DNA from: Macrostomum lignano
Lineage: Eukaryota
Assembly (NCBI GenBank): GCA_002269645.1
Contig: NIVC01000944.1
Location: 124,001 to 188,000 of the forward strand
DNA: 64,000 bases
Direction: 5' to 3'
Part shown: one piece after another, positions 53,942 through 64,000 of the stretch
How the letters are laid out: every line of letters starts with the position of its first letter
Numbering within the stretch: the stretch's first letter is position 1
Notes under the pieces: generated by a model
What the model was told of the DNA's origin: nothing
What the model saw: only the letters and a program-made list of their open reading frames with translations
Databases searched by the model: none
Made by a program: the position numbers and the translations under genes

Positions 53942-55284
53942 CGAACGGCAACTGAGTCAAAAAGCAGCGACCAGATCTACAGCAAAGTTTCCAACGCCAA
54001 ACACGGTGAGAAATTTACTGACAGTAGCTTTAATTAACTTTTTAATAATTGATGTACGGGATAAAGCTTCATTACAAGGTAACGTGACAGGTGAGTGGTA
54101 AAATGAAACAGCATTTTAAACGGCGATGTTAACTTCTTCTTGTTCGTACCTGAAATACGAGCATGTACAATAGCTTTCAACTTCCGCAATGCTATTTTCA
54201 TATGTACATTCAAAATTGCATTTATCTTTTAATGACTTTTTTTATTAATAATCCTCAACCTTTATGCCTGTTTATGCTTCATGCTTCGTTCCTACGCGTA
54301 GACGCAATGCACTGGCGTAAAGTGTGCAACACTGAGTCATATTTCTGGATTGAAGCCAGCTGTTCTCTTAAGCGACTGTTTCAAACGCTGTGGCAAGAAT
54401 TCATGTTGGCTTTTTAGTCGTAACTTAAAAAATTGTCATCTAAGTTGACTTTTATTGCTGTAGAATTGTGTCAGATGCAGCTGCGTGTGCGGTCTGTATT
54501 TTCACTATCGCAGTGTATCGTTACTACTTTCTCACTTCATAACGAAGCAGATTATATTCATAGTTCCTCATTTCAATAACACGCAACTCGCAAGTTGAAA
54601 CGGCTGTACTCTTCACGCGCGAGAAAATTAATTAATCAAATGGTGCATCAAAGCTGTTATTGATTATGTTATTATTGTAAATATAATGTAAATATAATAG
54701 TCTTTAAACTGCACGGCAAAGCGCAGGCTAAGAAAAACGCTTGTTTTACTGTTTGAAATGTGCATAACAAACATCCCTTGGCTTAATCTAGGCCAACCTG
54801 AAATCTGGCTCTTGTTGTGCCCGCGTGCACTTGCACTGTTGAGCTATCTATTGAGCCCTCAGTGCGGGTGCACCCGCCGTTGCACCTTTCCTCACGTGCC
54901 TACCACCCCGCTTTGTCTGAAGGTTAAGAATTTACGCGCGCCGCCCACCCCCCTTTCTCTGTGATTGGCTGAGCTGCCAGCCTAGCAACCCCCATTACTC
55001 ATTTGTGATTTGTTAATTGTGTACGCGCTCGTGCCGGCCAATCGGCGGCCAAGAATTGGCTGTGGGCCCAAACCCCAAAACCTAGAGGTTTGGGGTGGGG
55101 GTTGTGAGTGCGCTGGTCGAACTAACCTTGATAAGTCAACTCTTTATGTACACAATACTAACTCTAGCAAACTCTCGGTCGCTCTGCCTCGCTCATCTGA
55201 GAAAGTAAACTGCCAGTCTGCGAAAGAATTGCAGTGAGTTGCCTCCGCTTAAATTTCTTGGGCAAAAACTGCCTACGGGAGCTT

Positions 55285-55650
55285 GTGGCTGGCGGCTCAG
55301 GACATCTGCCGGGTTGTCTGCCCCCGGCTGGTAGGTGACTTCAAAGGAGTTCCTGCAGCCGAAGTACCATGCGCTCGATCCACGGCGGGGGCCGCGAACC
55401 GGGACTGAGCAGGATGACCAGCGGCTTGTGGTCGGTGATGACCGATGACCTTGGACTTTGGGCAGCCGCTAAAGTAGTGGTGGAATTTGAGGCAACCGAA
55501 TTTGACGGTCAGCGCCTCCCTTTCTGTCTGCAAAAGCGCTGCTCGGTGTCACTGAAGTTGTGGCTGGCGTAGGCGATTGGCCTGGTGAGGCCGCCCGGTT
55601 GCACCTGGGCGAGGATTGCTCCGGTCGGGTTTCGAGTTGTGGGTTCTAGG
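55285..55650 (-). pseudogene. Frameshifted Ty3/Gypsy RNase H remnant
   Basis: Minus strand across frames: GAILAQ..RPIAYAS..EQR / QTEREALTVKFGCLKFHHYF / ITDHKPL..PPWIERMVLRLQ / PADVLSR. Confidence 0.85.
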
Positions 55651-56225
55651 GACGGACCGGCTCAGTGTTCGACGCGACGCGATCTCACGCTCAGATATTG
55701 CACTCAGTCCGGCCAGCGGGCTGAAGCGATCCTCAGCTCGTCCGCTGAAGGGGCCCTGAAGTGCCACACTAGATCAGGCCCTAGTCACAACACTCTTTAA
55801 CGTAACCCAACAAGCTGGCTTCATCTAACAGCCCAACGATCAATGTATGAGAATATAAGATCTATGACCTAGCCTAGCCTTAGTTGAAGCCTTGAAGCCT
55901 AGTCAGGAAGTCCTTGAGTTAAAGATATTCGTAATTGAAGACGTTATTTTAGCATCCGTGGTCTGGCCAAAAGATCTTATATACTCTAGATAGACACTCA
56001 TTTGAAGAGTTTATCGGGTGGTGATCAGTCACTCGAAAACTCCCACTTCCAGACCTTAAGCCTGGGAACAAAATTCAGTGATTACTTACTGGTGCGGGCT
56101 CCTCTTCTTTGTCGGGCAGGTCCGTAGAGCTCGTAGTCTTCCTCCGGAGTTGTCTTCTTGAATTCTAAAAATCGGCCGAATATGAGATCGTAACAATTTA
56201 ATCCGTCGACGTCGAAGTATTCCTT

Positions 56226-56516
56226 GAGTGCAGAAGTCAATACATTCCTCGGGTGCAGAAGTCAATATATTCCTCGGGTGCAGAAGTCAATACATTCCTC
56301 GGGTGCAGAAGTCAATACATTCCTCGGGTGCAGAAGTCAATACATTCCTCGGGTGCAGAAGTCAATACATTCCTCGGTGCAGAAGTCAATACATTCCTCG
56401 GGTGCAGAAGTCAATACATTCCTCGGGTGCAGAAGTCAATACATTCCTCGGGTGCAGAAGTCAATACATTCCTCGGGTGCAGAAGTCAATACATTCCTCG
56501 GGTGCAGAAGTCAATA
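56226..56516. repeat. 25-bp tandem repeat (GGGTGCAGAAGTCAATACATTCCTC), ~11.5 copies, continuing for part of a unit after the Tc1 insertion
   Basis: Direct reading; the unit resumes at 57140. Confidence 0.93.
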
Positions 56517-57139
56517 TACTCAGCAACAGTCAAAAGTTCCACCCCACTAAGCGAGATGATTTTTTCACTTATTGCGAGTGACGCAACCTACGGCAAGCGC
56601 AAAGCTTATTGCCGCTTGGGGGTGGCTTGGCTCTGCTTAATGGTCCAGGCCTGGACATTAAGCAGACCCAAGCCCAGGAACAACGCCCCGCCACACCAAG
56701 CCGATGCTGTTAGTCAACTGAAGGAACAGCTACAGCTGCGCACTCTGCGCTGGCCTTCCCGGTCCCCAGACATGAATCCCATCGAGCATGTCTGGGACTT
56801 CCTAAAACGTAGAATTCGAAAAGAGAATCCACCATAGAATGTTGCGGAGAGCTCTGCGTCATGCCATTGAAAACGCTTCGGAGCGGCTTCCCCAGGACTT
56901 TCTGCGCCGCCTCATCATTGGGATGCCCCGCAGAGTCGTCGCACTTCTGCGTGCGAGGGGATCCCACACGCATCGCGATTCTAACTGAATATTGCATAAA
57001 AAATTATGATTTTACTACGAGTATTGATAGTCAATCACTTTCCCTTCCTCGCGGCAGCTTAGTTGCGTAACTTGAGGGTTGAATTGTGAGTGTGAAGTTT
57101 TCGCGATTTGGAGGGTGGAACTTTGACTGTTGCTGAGTA
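56517..57139 (+). mobile_element. Internally deleted Tc1/mariner element, 623 bp, ~28-bp TIRs, TA TSD
   Basis: TIR TACTCAGCAACAGTCAAA(A)GTTCCACCC at both ends, TA on both flanks. Transposase remnants NAPPH, WPSRSPDMNPIEHVWDFLKRRIR and (frameshifted) MPRRVVALLRARGSHT. Confidence 0.9.
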
Positions 57140-60100
57140 TACATTCCTCGGGTGCAGAAATCCGAGATGCGCCTTAATAACAAAGTCAACTCTAGAACAA
57201 TGACGAGGTACTCCAGAAAGGGCGTCTTCTTCTAGAAATAACGAAATCGGAGTCGTGTGCCCCTATTGGTTACTCCAGGGTAACAAAATCAATCAATCAA
57301 TAATCCTCTAAGGGTATCGGAATCGCTCCGCAGATCCTATCCAATCCCTTAGGAAAAGGGAGGCCTCAAACTCAATAGAATCAGTAATCTCAACTGATCA
57401 GTAACGGCCGACAATAGCACCGCTCTCAATAATCAAATAATCAAAGACTTGAACAAAGGCTTACCAATTGGTTTACCTCGTTTGGCTGCTATTGAAAAGC
57501 CCAAGATTTCTTGAGGCTGCTCAGAGTCTGGAGATTTCAGCTCAGATTTCAAATAGGTATAACTTTCCCTCGGAGATATAGTCCTGTCGGACTCCTCAGG
57601 TCGCTCTGAGTCTCGAGAAACTGTTTTAAGTCTCTTTGGACTGCTCCGAGTCTGAGATTTTAGCTCGGATTTTTGGCTTGTGTTTATAGGCAACTTTTGC
57701 GACCCCAAGGTCGTTTTGATGGGGTGACGGGTTCATTCCTTAGGAATTTGACCCTTTGAAAATTGAATTGAATTTTTGCGAATACAATAGCTTTCGGGCA
57801 TCATTTACCATATTTGAAGTTCTAAAATTGAATATTACGAAATGGTCATTTACTGTTTTCGTGATATTACAAAAATGGAGTGTGACCGCATGGAATTTAA
57901 TTTTTTTTAGTTTTTCGAATTTTTATCTTACTACTTCTAGTAGTCTGCTTTGTACTGTATTCTGGAGATCTCTACACATTGAATGCTTAATTAAGAGTGT
58001 AAGATGCCATTGAATGTAATGTGAACTTGGCAAGTGTACGGTGGTTAAGCTACTGAACTTGAGTAGCCCTGTTGCGCATCTCAATGTATAATTCCGACGC
58101 TCGTGCAATTCAAACAATTCCAAGAGTTCAGCTTTTCGCTGCTCATGCCGCCGGGCCTCCGTTCTTCAGCTTGACAGCCTGCTCATGGATGAAGAAAAGA
58201 ATCTGTTCTCCTGGGCCAATGCTTCTTTTCAGTTGAATAGCAATATACTTTCATGTCCAAAAAGCTACTGAATTCAAAATATCAGTGGCACTTGTAGGTT
58301 TTTTGCCAAGGCGAAAAACCTTGCGTTCGAATTTTTCCCATTTGCTGGCATACAAAGCGGCCTATCTAGAGCATATGGTTGGTCTGCCCCAACAGCAGGT
58401 CAACTGAATAAGCCAAATCCAATATCAATCAAATAAAACGGATGCCTAAGTGGGGTTTAACCTCAATCCTATGAATTTAGTCACATTTAATAACATCTTC
58501 TAAAAGCATATAATCTTTCTCTGTACTAGCGGTATTCTGTAATGTGGCAGTGCAGTGCGAGAGTTGCCAGAAAGTTTTTATGTATACGAGCCATTTCGCC
58601 TTGCATTGCCATTTAGCAGCTAAAAATCACTGCATGCAACTTGATGCGAGAAAAGCAAAATCTGCACGAGATTTTCGGAACTACTAGGAGTTGAATGCAA
58701 GTTCTCCTTGTCCTTTTGGTTCTCTGCAGACCCAGCAGAGTTTCGAGCTGGTTTCATTAAATTTGACCAAATTCAAACGTGTCAGATCAATTTCATATTT
58801 TGCTTTCACTCGTTTTAGCTATATATAGCCAGATAGTATGAATAGAAGAAAGCAAGAAAGACCTGCATCTGTCATAATCTGCTCAGCTCAACTAAATTCT
58901 AGTGCTCCGCTTCTCACATTCTCCATCTGCGCCACGGAAATGTGCCCGGATGTCGAGGCCAGGCTGCCTTCGCTGTGAGCTACCGGGAAGTAAAACAGCC
59001 GGGTCGATAAGAATGATTGCGGATCGCCTGTTGCTGTTTCCAGGCACGTGCGGCTGCATTGTGGAGCTCACCGGGGCGGTGGGACGCCAAGCCATTGTCA
59101 AGAAAACTTTTCCGTTCTCCCATTTTAGTGACAAACAGAAGGATGCGTGTGGAAGGATTGTATCGATGGCAACGCAAGGATGACAATGGCCAGCAAGCGA
59201 TTGCAGAGTGGCTCTGGAATCCAGCGACTGCCTGTCTTGTGTGAGAGCAAAATGAGTAAGTTGACTGTGTAGAGAGCATGTCGCAGGCCCCTACAAAATA
59301 ACTAATACCAAACGGGACTGAGACAACTGAGTCGAATAGCTGATATAAATTCCAAGCTAAAAGTGCAACAGAGTTTAAACAGAGCTTCCAGCCTTGCTAT
59401 GTGCAGTGGTTGGTCAAAAACTCAAAAAATTCCGACTTGAACGAAGCTCGTACATGTATAAAGCAGGACCTGATTTTTCAGAGCTGTCAAAAGTGAACAG
59501 TACTCCACTGACTGTGAAAAACAGTCCAACTTGTTTTATATTAGTACATTAGTTCATTCAATCAAAGAGACAAAGCTCTTTAATTACTAACTCTTCCCTG
59601 TCTATTTCAATAGAATCGATATGCAACCAAAAAATACTGAGCAATTGTCTATGGCTGAAAGTAAGGAATTGCGGCAAAGCTCAAATTCAAATCGGATAGC
59701 CACTCCATTGTTTCATTTAGCCAAGTTTTATTCAGTCATTTGGGCAACACTTTTCGAGCTGTACTGCCAATGCACAGCATAAGAAACAGCTTTACCGTGT
59801 GAAGATCTCAAGAAGTCCCTAATACTCAGCTTGGTACACAAGTTAGCTTGATGCCACTGTTTTCAGCTCGGCCGAAATCTTCCCGCTTCTGGTTGCAGCT
59901 GTCATTCGCATGTAGTGAAGCGAGTCCCATAATGCGCCGTCTATTTGCAGAGCCGAGAATAAGAAGTCTGCACCCCGACTTTTAGCTTTTTAGTCTTCTT
60001 CGTATCGTTGCACATGTATGCTTTTCAAAGCAGAAGTCTGCTTCTGTGGAGTGAGCGGGGTATTTGGAGTCGAGGTTGTCCAATGCTAACACAAAGCCGA

Positions 60101-60394
60101 CAGCTGCTGTGCCTGATGCAAACTGAAACCTCCTGGGATAGACACTCAAATGCGGGTTGCATCAGTGCCGCCATCCTGCAAAAGAAATTTCCGGAACTTT
60201 GCAGTGCTAAAAGCCGTGTAGTTGCTTCTATCGATTAGCCGCTTAAACTCAGTTCCCTGGCATGATGCAGGTGAGATCAACTGAAGCTTTTTATGAGCAA
60301 CTAGAAATTTGAGTCGGTAGCTTCTTTTCTCGCTGGTAGCAAACAAAAATTGCTATAAGCCATCAGCTTGATAGTGCAAATGTAAGTGAATTCT

Positions 60395-60712
60395 AGCAGA
60401 GATATTGGGCAGCTGTTGCAGCCGACATAATGCCTAATGGGCAGCTGTGCAACCGACAGCTCAGCCGCTGCTATTGCGAGGCGCTTCTAAAGTCTGCGTA
60501 CGGCTGTACAGTCAAGGACTGGGGGGTCGCCACACACCCCCTCAATTAACCCAGCTAATGCTGGCACCCATTTTACAGCTGGGTGAGCTGAAGCACTGCA
60601 GAATTAAGTAGTGTCCTACTCAAGGACACAACTTGTTCCGAGTGAGTCGAGAATCGAACCCCCGACCTTTCAGTTGTGAATCCCACGCTCCAACCAGTAG
60701 GCTACAACCCCT
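60395..60712 (-). mobile_element. tRNA-derived CORE-like SINE (reverse orientation)
   Basis: Reverse complement of the 33322 copy (..CCCATTTTACAGCTGGGTG..AAGGACACA..GAATCGAACC..TAGGCTACA). Confidence 0.82.
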
Positions 60713-60791
60713 GTCTATAACCCCCGTACAGGCAGATAGGTACTTGTTAAAATTGTTAATTAGAACAACTGCTGCAGGTTACGGCCAGGTA

Positions 60792-61397
60792 GTTTTTGTG
60801 CAGTATCTCAGCTAGAATACTGACTCGAACGCAATAAACTGCACAAGTTTTTGTGCAGTATCTCAGCTAGAATACTGACTCGAACGCAATAAACTGCACA
60901 AGTTTTTGTGCAGTATCTCAGCTAGAATACTGACTCGAACGCAATAAACTGCACAAGTTTTTGTGCAGTATCTCAGCTAGAATACGGACTCGAACGCAAT
61001 AAACTGCACAAGTTTTTGTGCAGTATCTCAGCTAGAATACGGACTCGAACGCAATAAACTGCACAAGTTTTTGTGCAGTATCTCAGCTAGAATACGGACT
61101 CGAACGCAATAAACTGCACAAGTTTTTGTGCAGTATCTCAGCTAGAATACGGACTCGAACGCAATAAACTGCACAAGTTTTTGTGCAGTATCTCAGCTAG
61201 AATACGGACTCGAACGCAATAAACTGCACAAGTTTTTGTGCAGTATCTCAGCTAGAATACGGACTCGAACGCAATAAACTGCACAAGTTTTTGTGCAGTA
61301 TCTCAGCTAGAATACTGACTCGAACGCAATAAACTGCACAAGTTTTTGTGCAGTATCTCAGCTAGAATACTGACTCGAACGCAATAAACTGCACAAG
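60792..61397. repeat. 55-bp tandem repeat with internal 9-bp inverted repeat, 11 copies, upstream of gene C
   Basis: Unit GTTTTTGTGCAGTATCTCAGCTAGAATAC(T/G)GACTCGAACGCAATAAACTGCACAA; TTGTGCAGT pairs with ACTGCACAA. Confidence 0.95.
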
Positions 61398-61567
61398 CAA
61401 ACGATTTTTCGTTATCAAATAACTGTTTTCGCACTGAGAATTTATGAAAAAATAAAATAGCTACCTCTGAGCAATTTGCTATTGCAGTCGTTTGCAGTGT
61501 GTCTCTGGCGCAGGTGAACCAGTGCTGTACACCAGTGAGCACTCACAACTGAGTTGTCCCGTGTTCA

Positions 61568-61578
61568 CTGATTGGCTG
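61568..61578 (-). promoter_or_regulatory. CCAAT box (CAGCCAATCAG) upstream of gene C
   Basis: CTGATTGGCTG 159 nt before the ATG at 61727; same motif and similar position as in gene B. Confidence 0.5.
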
Positions 61579-61726
61579 GTCCAGTGGTTTGCGAAAGCTA
61601 GAAATTGACTTGCAGAAAACCGATGTCTTATTGAGCCCTTGGTGCCTCATAGCGGCCTACTTTGATACCCCGGCGCAAAACACTTCTTGACTGCGATTCG
61701 GTGCAAAAATACCCTTGACTCGGATC

Positions 61727-63537
61727 ATGACGGGGTCTGGTGAGATTTCACTCCGGCTTGGCTCCGTCCCTACAATCCTGCTTCTAGTGCTGGTGACGGC
61801 TACCGGAGCTCTGGCCGACGAAGGTAGAATCAGAGATTCTTTTTAAAGTTTTCTGTCTGAGGCCAAATTTCTTTTGCAGGACTTTTGCAAATATTTTATG
61901 CTTTCACGCTTCCTACAGCAATAGCTTTAACTCACTTTATGTTAGCTTTGAGACCGTTTTTGAAAGTCTGAAAATTAAACTCGAATAGCCAGAGGCTTCT
62001 TGCTCTGCAGATCCGATTCTCCCGCCTTGTAACCTTGGGGAGATTCTGTCAAGGATGGAGTCTTTTGTCACGCATGCTTGCAATCCGTGCAATTTCGACT
62101 GACTTCTGCCGTCCATTAAGCTTTGCTGTGTATTTGAGTCAATAGATTTTAACCAAAAACCATCAACTGCGAAAACACTAAAATCGTCACATGTCATTCT
62201 AACTTTAACTTTAAGGTGCCTCGTGTGCGAACTTCAGCACAGACCCGTCACAGCACTCTGTCTTCATGAACAGCTCTGACGGGACGCTAAATGGTCCAGA
62301 CAGCCAGGTAAACGTCACTTGCAGTGCCGGCGTTGGCGCCTATTTCGCGGATAGCAACGAGTCCAACTGGATGCAGCTGGTCTGCGCAAACGGCAGCTGG
62401 ACGCAGACTTTCTTCATCGCCAACGACTCACGGCCGGAAACGTGGCAGACAGCGGAAGTCCTTGGCGATGCTGAGCCCGTCCTTCCTAACTGCATCGGTG
62501 AGATATGCTACATCATTTTTTGGTGCGACTTGAATCAGCCGAGCTGCACAGAAAATGATTGGTTCACTATCAACAAAGCATTAAGGTTCCTGTGTCAAAG
62601 TGAATGCTTTGCAATCAAATTTGTCGCTAAACACTGCAGCATTCTACCCAGCATATATGTACGGCTCGTAGTACGTTGTTGCGAAAACGGAACTGTATTT
62701 TTTTTAATTTCGCAGCCCACGTTTGCCAAGAACCGATCATATCTGCAAACCTGACTCAAGTATCGACTTCAAAGGGTCTCTTCGAGCAGGACTTTTCCTA
62801 CGGGGCCCAGCTGGTGTACCAGTGCCCAACTCGGCGCGGCTTCAGATTTCAAGGCACTGGCAACGGAAGCTCGATGAACTCGGCCAACATGACGTGCGGC
62901 TTCGGCGGTTGGTCAGTGGTAATGTCGGGTCCTTCTGGCTCAGACACCATCGACAACACCACTGTGCCACGGTTGCTTGATTGCGAAGGTAGACAATTTT
63001 TAGAGAGATTCTTACTCTTTCCCTTTAATCATTATATTATGAATGACTTTCACCTCAAAACAGAATCTACACCTCAAGATAATCATTCAGTTTTCCTTTC
63101 TGGAACCGCCGTCGTCAAAATATTTTTCAAGCTAAGCTTTCCACACATTTAAGAGGCTTATAGCAGTGATTGCGAATGATGATGATTTTAAAGCTTGAAT
63201 TGCATGCGCAAGACATTTATCGTCTCTTCTCTAACTGCACTCTGTCTGAAACTTCAAGGTGTCCGGTGCGTAAACTTCAGCTCTGATCCGACGCAACACC
63301 TGATTTTCGTGAGCAGCTCCGATGGGACGCTGAATGCACCTGGAAGCCAGGTGAATGTCACCTGCAGTACTGGCGTGGGCACCTACTTTGCTGACACCAA
63401 CGAGTCCAACTGGATGCAGCTGGACTGCGACAGCGGCTGGAGGCTGACGTACTTTGTCGCTAACGACACCCGACCGAAAAGGCGGCTGCCAACGAAGTTC
63501 CTGAATTCTGCAGCGCCTGTCCTGCCTGATTGCATGG
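61727..63537 (+). CDS. Gene C (3'-partial): third paralog; signal peptide plus sushi-like W-Z-W modules
   Basis: Exons 61727-61823 (MTGSGEISLRLGSVPTILLLVLVTATGALADE), 62216-62497, 62716-62988 and 63259-63537. Lengths 282 and 273 match B exons 2 and 3, with clear protein similarity. Confidence 0.88.
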
Positions 63538-63650
63538 GTACGTGATGCAAGAGCTTATTGACTTATAGGAGGCTCAAATTACGATTTAAAATTGTGAGAA
63601 TGTTTTTTGGAGAATATCATCAGTAGCAACTGTCTCGCTAATGTGGTAGA

Positions 63651-63865
63651 CAGGGGCGGATTTAGGGGGGGGGGCGGGGGGCGGTCGTAAGCCCCTAAGC
63701 TTGATTTTTCGCCCCCAAACGCCTTTTTAGCGCCCCTAAGCTTGATTTTTCGCCCCCTACGCGCATTTTTTGCGCCCCCTAGCTTAAAATTGGCGCCCCT
63801 TATACTCGTGTTGGCGCCCCAAACTTGGACCGCCCCCCCAAAATGAAACTCTGGATCCGCCACTG
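63651..63865. mobile_element. hAT-type MITE, 215 bp, 8-bp TSD GTGGTAGA
   Basis: TIRs CAGGGGCGGAT.. and ..ATCCGCCACTG; GTGGTAGA on both flanks; internal GCCCCTAAGCTT repeats. Confidence 0.88.
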
Positions 63866-64000
63866 GTGGTAGAGGTCACTCTAGCTGATCTAAATGTCGT
63901 CGCGGACCGGTGCAAAGTTAAAAATGTTGCACTTGATTGAGAAAAAAAGCGATAATAGTTGAAGGAATCAATTATAGACTGCCACTGAGCAAAACAGAAC

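Noticed and set aside
55285-55650. The RNase H remnant as the piece missing from the 28-31 kb Gypsy element
   Set aside because: It is 24 kb away, frameshifted and older-looking, with no shared LTR; more likely a separate family, though not testable here.
60792-61397. CRISPR-like array (palindromic repeats)
   Set aside because: No unique spacers, no cas genes, eukaryotic context; the same reasoning applies to the 55-bp array at 1-417.

Overview
This is eukaryotic (animal-like) genomic DNA with GT-AG introns and abundant satellites and transposons; it is not prokaryotic. The + strand carries a head-to-tail tandem array of three paralogous multi-exon genes. Gene A (3' part, ~1.5-20.3 kb, 25 exons resolved) and gene C (5' part, from 61727, 4 exons) are partial. 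Gene B (23495 to ~53.9 kb) is apparently near-complete: 46 exons, ~3,750 aa by my manual splicing. B encodes a giant secreted mosaic protein: signal peptide, 6 sushi/CCP-like modules, a central block of WSC, C-type-lectin-like (CTLD), fibrinogen-N-like two-Cys and discoidin-like modules, then 14 CCP-like modules. Unusual points: a CTLD nested inside a split WSC domain; systematic 2-Cys CCP modules; paralog-specific gain/loss of symmetric phase-1 exons; patchy near-identity between repeats; no visible TM or GPI anchor. Introns hold many unrelated satellites, an internally deleted Mag-like Gypsy element (28031-31225), CORE-type tRNA SINEs and hAT MITEs with 8-bp TSDs. The B-C intergenic region has a deleted Tc1 element and a Gypsy RNase H remnant. 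Most long ORFs in the supplied track are satellite artefacts. Exon coordinates were read by eye and may be off by a few bases. The species cannot be established from the sequence; the style resembles satellite-rich invertebrates such as Macrostomum (inference only).
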